A stretch of DNA of 46,225 bases. Source: a virus. Lineage: Duplodnaviria; Caudoviricetes. Numbering within the stretch: position 1 is the first letter of the stretch; every line of letters begins with the position of its first letter. The notes below the pieces were generated by a model. That model was given only the letters and a program-made list of their open reading frames with translations, had not been told where the DNA came from and ran no database searches. Both the position numbers and the translations under genes were made by a program. Shown piece by piece: positions 18,434 to 27,899 of the stretch. The DNA is taken from the IMG/VR virus record IMGVR_UViG_3300017774_002865, positions 1 through 46,225 of that record. One strand, written 5' to 3'.

Positions 18434-19612
18434 ATGTCATTAGCCACATTTGGTCAGCAGATCTTTCAAGGATTCACCGCGGTCAATGGACTGCGTGGAT
18501 ACGATCATGCCAGTAGAGTTTTCACTCCCAATGGATATGAACTAAAGCCACGCTTTAAGTTCTTGTTCCATGTGGCGTTTACAATCAACACTGCACAGAT
18601 TCCTGCCTTGCGTGGAGCACTTGGATTAACTGACATCTCCAACATCAGTCTCTTGGTCAAAACAATTGACTTGCCCAAGTATACCATTGCCACAGAAACA
18701 CTAAATCAATACAATCGTAAACGTGTGATTCAAACCAAGATCAATTATGATCCGGTGAACATCACATTTCACGACGACGGATCAGATTTAATTCGCAACA
18801 TGTGGTACAACTACTACAGTTACTACTACAAAGACGCCAGTCAAAACTACGGGTCTACCAACAGCACCAATGGTAGCATGGGTGCCGAAAACAACGGCAC
18901 GCGAGGATTTGGCTACAGTGGCCGAGACATTTACAATCAAGACCGCATGGGCGGAGTGAATGACTGGGGCTATATAGGTGAAGCAGTCAACGATGGCACA
19001 TCCAGCTCTTCGGGCAAGCCTCCGTTTTTTACAGACATAAGAATTTTTGGATTTGATTACCAACACAAGTATGCAGAGTATGTGTTGATAAATCCGTTGA
19101 TTTCAAATTGGAGTCATGACACCTACGATTACAGTCAAGGCAATGGACTCATGCAACATTCAATGACTATTGCATATGAAACAGTGAAGTACAAACAAGG
19201 TGCTCCTAATAAACAGGCACCAGGCTTTGCTAATGCGGCTCATTATGACACAACACCAAGCCCACTGGCTCGTCCAGGCAGCCTAGCTACCATTCTTGGC
19301 CAAGGCGGATTAATTGATGCCGCTGGTGGTATTGCACAAGATCTGCAATCTGGTTCTGTGCTGGGCCTGATTGGTGCCGCACAAAAAGCCAGCACAGTTT
19401 ACAACACATTCAAGGGTAAGAATCTTAAGAGCATTGCAGTTGCTGAAGCCACAGCACTTGGCACTGAAGTTATTCAAGGCAGCTTGCCTGGAGCCGTAAG
19501 AAGTGTGGCCAGCAAAGCTGATGGTTTCTTCTTTCCAACAGCCACTGCGGCTCGCAATCAAGCCACAGTTAATAGAATCAACAACAATCAACCAGTAGGT
19601 GGTGGTGTATGA
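18434..19612 (+). CDS. Tube-fold baseplate/tail-tube junction protein (gp48/gp54-like)
   Basis: VKTIDLPKY, YNRKR..QTKINYDPVNITFHDD and MTIAYE tube-like motifs, located right after the tube gene. Confidence 0.55.
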   Translation: MSLATFGQQIFQGFTAVNGLRGYDHASRVFTPNGYELKPRFKFLFHVAFTINTAQIPALRGALGLTDISNISLLVKTIDLPKYTIATETLNQYNRKRVIQTKINYDPVNITFHDDGSDLIRNMWYNYYSYYYKDASQNYGSTNSTNGSMGAENNGTRGFGYSGRDIYNQDRMGGVNDWGYIGEAVNDGTSSSSGKPPFFTDIRIFGFDYQHKYAEYVLINPLISNWSHDTYDYSQGNGLMQHSMTIAYETVKYKQGAPNKQAPGFANAAHYDTTPSPLARPGSLATILGQGGLIDAAGGIAQDLQSGSVLGLIGAAQKASTVYNTFKGKNLKSIAVAEATALGTEVIQGSLPGAVRSVASKADGFFFPTATAARNQATVNRINNNQPVGGGV

Positions 19613-19965
19613 GCACAGTAAATTACGCAAATTACAAAAAAGATCTCACAGTCAGAGTATTTGACAGTTTCTACGACTATGATACCAACGTTCCTGCAGA
19701 AGAATATGACATTGTGAATTCATATTTTTCCAGTGTGATGCCTAAACGAGCCGCAGGTAACTTCACTGTGAGCTTGTTTAGAGTAGCAGAAGATACCAAC
19801 ATACCAGCACTGACACTATTACAAGCCATGCAAGGGCAAACTGGATTGAATCTAAATGCCAGCCTAGCCTATTACCTGAACATGATTCGTAGCAGAGCCA
19901 CCTTGCTTGGCATCAACGCCAGTTCAACTCCCAATCAATACGCCGCACGCCTGGTAATACAATGA
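19609..19965 (+). CDS. Hypothetical protein in the tail module
   Basis: ATGA-coupled to both neighbours. Confidence 0.7.
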   Translation: MSTVNYANYKKDLTVRVFDSFYDYDTNVPAEEYDIVNSYFSSVMPKRAAGNFTVSLFRVAEDTNIPALTLLQAMQGQTGLNLNASLAYYLNMIRSRATLLGINASSTPNQYAARLVIQ

Positions 19966-20393
19966 GTCGTTGGGCGCAAGGTCAATACATAGTACAAAAC
20001 CCTTCCAAGTATGTGGGTCGTGGCACACCTAGATATCGTTCAGGATGGGAACACAGCTTCATGCGCTTTTGCGACACCAACGACAATGTACTACAGTGGG
20101 CTAGTGAAAGTATTGCCATACCCTACATGAATCCTGTGACAGGCAAGAAAAGCAACTATGTGCCTGACTTTCTAATCACCTATCGACAAAAAGACAACAC
20201 TGTTCGGGCAGAGCTAATTGAAATCAAACCCAAGAAGCAAAGTGTAATCGAATCAAAAATGAGCAGCCGTGATCGCGCTGTAGTAGCTGTTAACTACGCC
20301 AAGTGGGGAGCCGCCCAAAAGTGGTGCGGTCGCCAAGGCCTAACATTCAGAGTAATCACCGAAAACGATATGTTTTCCAACGGTCGCAATTGA
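19962..20393 (+). CDS. Head completion nuclease (T4 gp4-like, TnsA-type PD-(D/E)xK)
   Basis: NPSKYVG, YRSGWE, WASE, YVPDF, EIKP, KW.AA..WC and F.VITE motifs. Confidence 0.85.
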   Translation: MSRWAQGQYIVQNPSKYVGRGTPRYRSGWEHSFMRFCDTNDNVLQWASESIAIPYMNPVTGKKSNYVPDFLITYRQKDNTVRAELIEIKPKKQSVIESKMSSRDRAVVAVNYAKWGAAQKWCGRQGLTFRVITENDMFSNGRN

Positions 20394-20408
20394 TCCATAA
20401 ATATCCGC

Positions 20409-20897
20409 ATGACGCGGAAATTAGAAGACCTTTTTGACTTGCCCTCTTCGGTTGAAATTGAAACCAAAGACAACACCCCCACCATTGAAGAAGCACAAAC
20501 ACAACTGGCAGCAATAGACATGGCCATTGACAAGATCGACACAGCTCTGCCTGCTGTTAGAGATTTAAGTGCCAGCGACACTGAGATGGACGAACTGGCA
20601 GACTTGGCCAAAGACAGCTACAAAGATCTCATGGATCTTGGCATGCAGGTAGACTCACGGTTTGCTAGCGAGATATTTAATGTAGCAGGTACCATGCTAG
20701 GCCATGCTATCACTGCTAAAACAGCCAAAATGAACAAGAAACTCAAGGTTATTGATCTACAGTTGAAGAAAATGCGACTGGATCAACAAACACCTGAAGA
20801 ACAACAGATAGCTACTGCACAAGGGCAAGTGTTGAATCGCAACGATTTATTGGAACGTTTGCTTAAAGGCAAAGACCAAAATAACGGAAAAGTATAA
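20409..20897 (+). CDS. Helical protein, candidate small terminase subunit
   Basis: Size and coiled-coil pattern resemble gp16-like proteins. Preceded by TAAATA-5 nt-ATG. The function is a tentative inference. Confidence 0.45.
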   Translation: MTRKLEDLFDLPSSVEIETKDNTPTIEEAQTQLAAIDMAIDKIDTALPAVRDLSASDTEMDELADLAKDSYKDLMDLGMQVDSRFASEIFNVAGTMLGHAITAKTAKMNKKLKVIDLQLKKMRLDQQTPEEQQIATAQGQVLNRNDLLERLLKGKDQNNGKV

Positions 20898-20917
20898 ATA
20901 TACAATAGGACACTGAC

Positions 20918-21526
20918 ATGAAACCATTTGCAAAATATCTCTTAGAAAGTGATCGCACTTATGCGTACCGCATCAAAGTAGTGGGCGACATACCCAAGAA
21001 CTTCTTCAAACAATTTGAAGAAAAACTCAGCCAGTTTGACATTGCAAAAATGTCAACTCCTAAGAGTACCCCAGTACGTGCTGTGATTCCTGACTTTCCT
21101 GCTTTCCCCAATCAGTCTGTAACACGAGTTGATGTAGAGTTCAAGTACCCTGCCATTGAACCACAGATCAAACAGATTGCTAGATTGCTGGGACTAGATG
21201 AAAATCGTATTGTGATGATGACTACACCTTATGAAGAAAGTCTAGATTCTGAGTCAGTCAAAATTACAGACCAGAACAAAGACCTATTGGATGATCCTGA
21301 TTATCCAGCAGATGATAAATTGCAAAAGAATCTCAAGAAAGATTATTCTGCAGACCCATACAACCATGTGGTTTTGAAGAATGCCTATCGTTCTAATTTC
21401 ACAGTAGCCGGCGGCAAAACTCCTCCTGCTAAAACCTCTAATGATTTGCCAATGGGAACTAAGAGCCCAATGTCCAATGTAAAGAGACCACCCAAGCCTG
21501 CTACCGGCGCACAACCAAGAGGATAA
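20918..21526 (+). CDS. Putative head-associated protein
   Basis: TATAAATA at 20893-20900 and AGGA SD. N-terminal MKPFAKYLLE resembles the T4 capsid-targeting leader. Confidence 0.6.
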   Translation: MKPFAKYLLESDRTYAYRIKVVGDIPKNFFKQFEEKLSQFDIAKMSTPKSTPVRAVIPDFPAFPNQSVTRVDVEFKYPAIEPQIKQIARLLGLDENRIVMMTTPYEESLDSESVKITDQNKDLLDDPDYPADDKLQKNLKKDYSADPYNHVVLKNAYRSNFTVAGGKTPPAKTSNDLPMGTKSPMSNVKRPPKPATGAQPRG

Positions 21527-21530
21527 TACA

Positions 21531-23600
21531 ATGACATTTTTCTATGACTTAAACAAACGCCTGGCTGCTGTTAATGACGCACCAGAAACAAAACAACTCA
21601 ACGAGCGCAACATGAGCCGTGCTGCCAAGGGCTATGAAAAGTACGGTGAACCGGGTATGCGAGAATTGTCCAGACTAGGACAACAAGGTGCCAGTGAGAA
21701 AAAAATGGATGCTGCACGTAAAAAGTACAACAAGTATGACAACGAAGTAGACGAAGGCGCATATCAAGGCGGTCCGGACAAGAGTCAGATCCCTGCTGTG
21801 AATCGTCCAGGCAACAGAATGACCTTGCAAGACCTAGACAAAGAACGTACACAGAGCCCTACAAGTCCTGAAGGATTGAAACGTGCTCAACAACGCCTGG
21901 GTCAACAAAAAACAACCGAAGCAGCCCATACACCAGGCGCTGGATACAGTCCAGAAATGCAGGCAAGAATTAAAATGGCAACTCCACAACAATTGAGCCA
22001 GATGGCTCATGAGTTAGCCGGCGATCCATCACACTATAAAAACGAATACAGAAATCTCGAGGCAGCACAATCTGAGTTAAGAGGTACAACAAAGTATGAA
22101 GAATCCAGTGCTACAATGACTGCCAAGCAAAAGTCGTTTGCTAAGTTAGCACCTCCAACAGACAAAATTACGTTTGCTGATAAAATTGCCGGTGCCAAGA
22201 AAGAAGTTGACGAGATGCTAGGTGATGTAGCTGCCGAAGCAATGAAGCAAGCACTAGGCGGCAAAAAACAAGTTGTTGCTAGCGAAGATGACGATAACAA
22301 CCCGTTCACAAACTTCAAGAAGCCACGTGCTGACAAACCACGTGTGGGAGATGTAGAACATGGTTCCAAGCATGATATCAAGCACACTGCAACAGGACGT
22401 AAAGTAACACGACGTACAGATGACCAAGGCAACTCAGTTGGGTCAGAAACTGATGACGAAGGTAACACACGTGAAAAACGTGGTCGTGGTCGTCCAAAAG
22501 GTCCTGCCAAGGGTACAGAACGAGTAACAGCCAACGCCTGGAAACACAAAGATGGTCCCAAGAAAAAAGGATCTGCTGGTGCAGTATCTGACGCTGGCAA
22601 GTCCTTGCAAGGATTCATGATTGGCAACAAGCCAAAAAATGATCCAGGCAAAGTAAGTGTCAGAAACAAAATGAAAGAAGGCGATGCTGATCCAACAGAC
22701 AATGATTCAGGCGATTTAAAAGCAGCCATGGCATTGTTGAAGAAAGCTGGCTACAAAGTTTCTAAGTCTGCAGAAAAAGAAAGCACAGTTGATCGTGACG
22801 ACCATGCTGAAAAAGCTGGCAAAAAATTTACAAAAGACGTTGAGGCTGCTGAAAAAAAGCCCAAGAAGAAAGAAAAAACTGAAGAAGCAGGCGGAACAGG
22901 AACACCTACTGCATCAAGCGGTTTTGGTTACGGCAAAGGCATTTACGATAGTTTAAATCGTGATGTTGAAAACGCCATCAACGAATCAATGCACCAGCTG
23001 AGTGAGTCAATGAGCATCAACATGAGTGACAGTACAGAAGGTGGCAAGAGCTTGACTATCACTGCCAGTGACGAAGATGCACTAAAACTAGCAACATTGT
23101 TGAAGTCAGCGGGCCTAGGCGGCGGCGACAGCGAAGGCTACGGCGGTTCAGGCTACAAGTCAGCATGCGGTTGCGGTACTCCTAATTGCTCATGTGGCGA
23201 AGAAGAAATTGACGAAGTGTCACTGAATGAGCCAGACTATCCTACCAACACAGAAACTGGCAGCTCAATGCAGTACAGTGGCGGTCTTGATGGCCCTAAG
23301 TCAACAGGACAGTCAACGTTGACAGGTGGCGGCATACCAAATCTGGATGCAGATCGTCAACACAGCTATGCTGAAGCTGAAGAAGATGCCTTACACCGCA
23401 TGATGGAAATGGCCGGTGTTAAGAAAAAAGAAGTTGACGAAGAAAAAACCGAAGAAGGCAATAAGTTTACTGCAGGTCTAGCTGACGATGACATCAAAGT
23501 TGGAGAAAAAATTCCAGGAACCAATGCTGTGAAGAAAAAAGACATTGACGAAGGCATCTTGGCCAGTACTCGTGCTTTATGGAAAAAATATCAGGATTAA
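21531..23600 (+). CDS. Highly charged, low-complexity putative internal head protein with AT-hook
   Basis: K/E/D/G-rich; repeated LNE/VDE/INE/LSE/IDE; KRGRGRPK; CGCGTPNCSCG. Confidence 0.6.
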   Translation: MTFFYDLNKRLAAVNDAPETKQLNERNMSRAAKGYEKYGEPGMRELSRLGQQGASEKKMDAARKKYNKYDNEVDEGAYQGGPDKSQIPAVNRPGNRMTLQDLDKERTQSPTSPEGLKRAQQRLGQQKTTEAAHTPGAGYSPEMQARIKMATPQQLSQMAHELAGDPSHYKNEYRNLEAAQSELRGTTKYEESSATMTAKQKSFAKLAPPTDKITFADKIAGAKKEVDEMLGDVAAEAMKQALGGKKQVVASEDDDNNPFTNFKKPRADKPRVGDVEHGSKHDIKHTATGRKVTRRTDDQGNSVGSETDDEGNTREKRGRGRPKGPAKGTERVTANAWKHKDGPKKKGSAGAVSDAGKSLQGFMIGNKPKNDPGKVSVRNKMKEGDADPTDNDSGDLKAAMALLKKAGYKVSKSAEKESTVDRDDHAEKAGKKFTKDVEAAEKKPKKKEKTEEAGGTGTPTASSGFGYGKGIYDSLNRDVENAINESMHQLSESMSINMSDSTEGGKSLTITASDEDALKLATLLKSAGLGGGDSEGYGGSGYKSACGCGTPNCSCGEEEIDEVSLNEPDYPTNTETGSSMQYSGGLDGPKSTGQSTLTGGGIPNLDADRQHSYAEAEEDALHRMMEMAGVKKKEVDEEKTEEGNKFTAGLADDDIKVGEKIPGTNAVKKKDIDEGILASTRALWKKYQD

Positions 23601-23604
23601 TATT

Positions 23605-23775
23605 ATGAGCAAAATTCTAAAAGAATCTGTGTTGACTACCGTGCCGGTTATGAACCCGCATGCACCTGCACCACAAACAGGACGTCAAACACCTGTGGAA
23701 ATCCCAGGTGTGATGTATCAAACACGTGAATTGTTTCAGCCCGTGGTTGCAATTCCGCCACAGGATAAAAAGTAA
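23605..23775 (+). CDS. Small Pro-rich hypothetical protein (56 aa)
   Basis: ATG 4 nt after the upstream stop; its TAA overlaps the next ATG. Begins MSKILKE. Confidence 0.6.
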   Translation: MSKILKESVLTTVPVMNPHAPAPQTGRQTPVEIPGVMYQTRELFQPVVAIPPQDKK

Positions 23776-24062
23776 TGGCCAACGTTTATACAACACTTTC
23801 AAATGCAACTGTGTACACAGACAAGTTGCAAATCTCCACAGGAAACACAGCAGTCACATGTCAAGTGTATGCTGTGGCTCTGGGTACAGCAGCCGCGGCA
23901 GGTAACTTGTACTCTGCGGCTATTAACATTCCTGCCAACACAGTATTTGAAACATATTCGGGTGCAGGTAACAAAGTTACTATTGCTGGCTCAAATTGGA
24001 CAGCATTAGAACTAGGCACAGCAAGTTCCGCTACAGCAGGTGTGATTGGCGCTGGCAGCTGA
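23775..24062 (+). CDS. Small Ala/Thr/Gly-rich putative virion protein
   Basis: Translationally coupled ORF with a structural-protein-like composition. Confidence 0.65.
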   Translation: MANVYTTLSNATVYTDKLQISTGNTAVTCQVYAVALGTAAAAGNLYSAAINIPANTVFETYSGAGNKVTIAGSNWTALELGTASSATAGVIGAGS

Positions 24063-24433
24063 TGCGAGCACGTGATTTCATTGCTGAAAATGGTGCCGGA
24101 AAGATTAGCAAGCGTAATCAATCTGCCACTGTGGGTCTGCATAAATTTCGAGATAAAAATTTAGCAGATCGTGTGTATGAACTCAATAGAATTATGATGG
24201 CAGCCGCATCCACTGACGGAACGTTTGTTCCTGAAATGGATAATGAAAGTTGGGCCGGCCGATATGACATTGCCGCACCTTACACGCAAGAAGAACACAA
24301 CATGTTGATGATGGCATACAAAGCCTCTGGATCTAGTTTTCACGATCTAAACAAAGGTGATTTAAAAAGCCAAGAACATCCAGCAGTGAACACAACCAGC
24401 CCGATGCAATCATTCAAAGGTTACCCAAGATGA
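24062..24433 (+). CDS. Hypothetical protein, paralogue A (MRARDFIAE...FKGYPR)
   Basis: TGATG overlap with the upstream gene. Shares both termini with the next ORF. Confidence 0.7.
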   Translation: MRARDFIAENGAGKISKRNQSATVGLHKFRDKNLADRVYELNRIMMAAASTDGTFVPEMDNESWAGRYDIAAPYTQEEHNMLMMAYKASGSSFHDLNKGDLKSQEHPAVNTTSPMQSFKGYPR

Positions 24434-24816
24434 GAGCACGTGAGTTTCTACGCGAGCAACATGACCTGCCGCCAGAGCAAGCAAATCCCATGCGGTACAC
24501 CTATGTAATTCCTGGACTCAGCGCATCAGACCCTTACAACAACTATAGATTTGGTGTGGCACTTGCACGAGCACGTAGCGATGCCGGCACAGATGGCATT
24601 ACTGATAAATTGCCAGCATGGTCAGCACAGACAGCATTTGGCGAACATGGTGTGGTTGCTGGCATGGATTCCAAAATTGCTCAAATCATTGACCAAGCAC
24701 TGTCAATGACTGACACCCCAGGCGGCAAACAACTAGTGTCAACGCCTGACAGTACAGAACCTGCTTTTGTGGATATACAAAGTCCTGTAAGGGCATTTAA
24801 AGGTTATCCTCGTTAG
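24430..24816 (+). CDS. Hypothetical protein, paralogue B (MRAREFLRE...FKGYPR)
   Basis: ATGA overlap. Shares both termini with the previous ORF. Confidence 0.7.
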   Translation: MRAREFLREQHDLPPEQANPMRYTYVIPGLSASDPYNNYRFGVALARARSDAGTDGITDKLPAWSAQTAFGEHGVVAGMDSKIAQIIDQALSMTDTPGGKQLVSTPDSTEPAFVDIQSPVRAFKGYPR

Positions 24817-24830
24817 TATAATTTATCATT

Positions 24831-25268
24831 ATGAAAAAACTTTTAATTCTTTTGGCACTTGTACCATGCCTGGTTATAGCGCAACCCAAACAAAAACCTG
24901 GCGTTGTTTATGACGCTGTGATTACTCGTGTGATTGACGGAGACACTGTGGGCATTCAAGCCACCTGGTTACCGGCACCACTGAAACCAGAACTCAGTGT
25001 TCGTGTGTTTGGAGTTGATACTCCTGAAAAGGGACACAGAGCCATGTGTCCTAGTGAAGCACAACGTGGCGAAGCAGCTTCAGCGTTTACCAAACAGGCC
25101 ATTGCTAACAGCCAGAAGCGACAGGTTGTGCTCATGGACTGGGACAAGTACGGGGGCCGTGTGCTAGGTGATGTGCTGTTGAACGGACAGAGTCTTAGAG
25201 CCATGCTGATTGCCAATGGATTTGCACGTGAGTACTACGGTGAGGCCAAAACTTCTTGGTGCCAGTAA
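24831..25268 (+). CDS. Thermonuclease (SNase) family nuclease with signal peptide
   Basis: RVIDGDT, VRVFGVDTPE, DKYGGRVLG and LIANGFA motifs. N-terminal MKKLLILLALVPCLVIA. Confidence 0.88.
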   Translation: MKKLLILLALVPCLVIAQPKQKPGVVYDAVITRVIDGDTVGIQATWLPAPLKPELSVRVFGVDTPEKGHRAMCPSEAQRGEAASAFTKQAIANSQKRQVVLMDWDKYGGRVLGDVLLNGQSLRAMLIANGFAREYYGEAKTSWCQ

Positions 25269-25287
25269 AACGCCTTTAAATAAAGGT

Positions 25288-26298
25288 ATGTCAGACTCTT
25301 TCTATTGTGCCGCACCGTGGCGTGGCCTACACATAAATCCCCGTGGAGATGTTAAAACTTGTTGTGCAGGTGATCCCAACATGCTGGGCAACCTGAACAC
25401 CAACAACATCATTGAAATACTCAACGGAGATCTACTGCAAGAAATACGTGGCAGCATTGCACAAGGCAAGGCACACAAGTACTGCTCTAACTGTGTGCAA
25501 GCAGAACGCTTTGGCGCTGATTCAGAGCGCAAATGGCACAATGACCTCAACCAAGATTTAGATTATACGACTGCCGGATCACAGTACCACTATCCTGTTA
25601 TAGTGGATGTGAGATGGAATACCACCTGTAACCTTTCATGTAACTACTGTAGTGAATGGGCCAGTTCAAAATGGTCCGCACTCAAAGGTATTCCATTCAA
25701 GTCCGGCAGTCGTCCCTATTATGATAATGTGTGTGACTTTATTGAGGCACATCATGAACACATCAAGGATGTGGCCTTAGTAGGTGGAGAGCCCTTACTG
25801 CTTCCTGAGAACGAACGACTGTTGGATGTGATCCCAGAAGATTGCACAGTGACCATAATCACCAACATGAATGTGGATCTTGAACGGAACAAGATCTTCC
25901 CGAAACTGGCACAACGTAAAAAAGTTGGTTGGAGCATGAGCTTTGACAACATTGGCGACCGGTTTGAATATGTACGCTATGGTGGCGAGTGGGCACAAGT
26001 TGAAAACAACATTGCCACGGTCAAAGACCTGTTTTCAAAAGGTCATTGGGGTGGTATACATGCTGTGTACAACATCTACAATGCCACACGCATTACAGAG
26101 TTTCGCAAGTGGGCAGTAGCACAAGGTGTAACTGTGCTGTGGCAAAATTTGTTTCAACCTGATTACCTGGATCCGTTCTTGCATGGGCCTGCTGTTGCTG
26201 AACTAGCTGCCGCAGAAATTGAAACACAATACCATCCTGACAAAGCAGGTGAGTTTGTGCGATGTTGGCCTGAACTTGCAATGTTATTAGATAATTAA
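25288..26298 (+). CDS. Radical SAM protein with N-terminal SPASM/twitch-like Cys domain
   Basis: CAAPW...GDVKTCC...LGNL...CSNC, then CNLSCNYC and GGEP. The start at 25288 follows TAAATA by 5 nt. Confidence 0.85.
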   Translation: MSDSFYCAAPWRGLHINPRGDVKTCCAGDPNMLGNLNTNNIIEILNGDLLQEIRGSIAQGKAHKYCSNCVQAERFGADSERKWHNDLNQDLDYTTAGSQYHYPVIVDVRWNTTCNLSCNYCSEWASSKWSALKGIPFKSGSRPYYDNVCDFIEAHHEHIKDVALVGGEPLLLPENERLLDVIPEDCTVTIITNMNVDLERNKIFPKLAQRKKVGWSMSFDNIGDRFEYVRYGGEWAQVENNIATVKDLFSKGHWGGIHAVYNIYNATRITEFRKWAVAQGVTVLWQNLFQPDYLDPFLHGPAVAELAAAEIETQYHPDKAGEFVRCWPELAMLLDN

Positions 26299-26302
26299 TA
26301 GC

Positions 26303-27883
26303 ATGGCTATCAGTCCAGAAACAGTACTAGTAAAAGCGCCACACCGCAGAGAAACATTCACTGAAGACCAGTTGATGGAGTTCATGCAGTGTGCGGACTC
26401 TGTGGATGGCCCGTTGTTCTTCATGGACAATTTCTTCTACATCCAGCACCCCACACGTGGCAAGATGTTGTATCATCCATTTGATTACCAAAAACAACTG
26501 ATTTACACTTATCACAACTATAGATATTCTATCTCCATGATGCCTCGACAAACAGGCAAGTCCACTTCGGCTGCTGGTTACTTGCTATGGTATGCTATGT
26601 TTGTGCCAGACTCAACTATTCTAATTGCCGCGCACAAGTACACAGGTGCGCAGGAGATAATGCAACGTATTCGTTATGCATACGAACTGTGTCCCAATCA
26701 CATTAGAGCAGGTGTAACCAGCTACAACAAAGGATCCATAGACTTTGACAACGGAAGCCGTATAGTAAGCCAAACAACAACAGAAACTACAGGCCGTGGT
26801 ATGTCTATCTCGCTCCTGTACTCAGACGAGTTTGCATTCGTGCGCCCCACAATTGCCAAAGAGTTCTGGACTTCTATTTCACCAACACTGGCAACTGGTG
26901 GTAAAGCTATTATTACCAGTACTCCAAACTCTGATGAAGATCAGTTTGCGTATCTGTGGAAAGGTGCCAACAAAACAGAAGATGAGTTTGGCAATCAACG
27001 AGCAAACGGCCTAGGTATCAACGGTTTCCGAGCATATCGCAGTTACTGGCGCGATCATCCTGATCGTGACGACGCCTGGGGAGATCAACAACGAGCACAA
27101 CTGGGTGAAGAACGGTTCCGTCGAGAAATGGATTGTGAATTTGTTATTAATGACGAAACGCTGATATCTCCTATCAAGCTGTTGGACATTGAAGGAGTAG
27201 AACCTGTAAGGAAAACAGGCCAGGTTCGCTGGTATTCGCCTATACACGCAGACAAGATATACATTGTGGCACTAGATCCCAGTTTGGGCACAGGCAGCGA
27301 TCCTGCGGCCATACAAGTGTTTGAAGCAGACACAACTACACAGGTAGCAGAGTGGAGACACAATCGCACTGATGTGCCAACGCAGGTTAAAATTCTAGCA
27401 GACATTGTGAAAGAAATCAATCTAGTGGTCAAGGATGAAAGAAGAGTGTATTATTCTGTGGAGAACAACACACTTGGTGAAGCCGCGCTGATTTCTATTG
27501 CTGAGTATGGTGAAGAAAACATTCCGGGCTACTTCCTTAGTGACAATTCAGTACAAGGCACAGCAGGCCGCAGAATACGCAAAGGGTTTACAACCACAAA
27601 CAAAAGTAAAATTGTGGCCTGCAACAAGTTTAAAATACTTGTGGAATCAGACCGCATGAAACTGCACTCAAAGCCCTTGATTTCTGAACTCAAAACATTT
27701 GTGGCCCTGGGCTCAAGCTACTCTGCCAAACCAGGAGAAACCGATGATCTTGTGATGAGCAGTTTGTTGGCAGTGCGTATGCTGATGTTGCTACAAACAT
27801 ACCACGCAGACCTAAACACACACCTTAAAGATCATGCAGACAACCAGATTGAACCCATGCCCTTCATCGCAATGATGCGTTAA
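26303..27883 (+). CDS. terL: Terminase large subunit (gp17-like)
   Basis: PRQTGKS Walker A, LLYSDEFAF Walker B, ITSTPN coupling motif, and the ALDPSLG and DDLVM nuclease motifs. Confidence 0.95.
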   Translation: MAISPETVLVKAPHRRETFTEDQLMEFMQCADSVDGPLFFMDNFFYIQHPTRGKMLYHPFDYQKQLIYTYHNYRYSISMMPRQTGKSTSAAGYLLWYAMFVPDSTILIAAHKYTGAQEIMQRIRYAYELCPNHIRAGVTSYNKGSIDFDNGSRIVSQTTTETTGRGMSISLLYSDEFAFVRPTIAKEFWTSISPTLATGGKAIITSTPNSDEDQFAYLWKGANKTEDEFGNQRANGLGINGFRAYRSYWRDHPDRDDAWGDQQRAQLGEERFRREMDCEFVINDETLISPIKLLDIEGVEPVRKTGQVRWYSPIHADKIYIVALDPSLGTGSDPAAIQVFEADTTTQVAEWRHNRTDVPTQVKILADIVKEINLVVKDERRVYYSVENNTLGEAALISIAEYGEENIPGYFLSDNSVQGTAGRRIRKGFTTTNKSKIVACNKFKILVESDRMKLHSKPLISELKTFVALGSSYSAKPGETDDLVMSSLLAVRMLMLLQTYHADLNTHLKDHADNQIEPMPFIAMMR

Positions 27884-27899
27884 TGCTAAATATACAACT

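Noticed and set aside
19962-20393. Tn7 TnsA transposase
   Set aside because: The fold is shared with T4 gp4 head completion nuclease, the context is morphogenesis, and no other transposon genes are present.
20404-20418. TCCGC-ATGAC-GCGGA hairpin enclosing the start codon as a third translational gate
   Set aside because: A 5-bp stem could arise by chance and the upstream operon is itself late, so support is insufficient.
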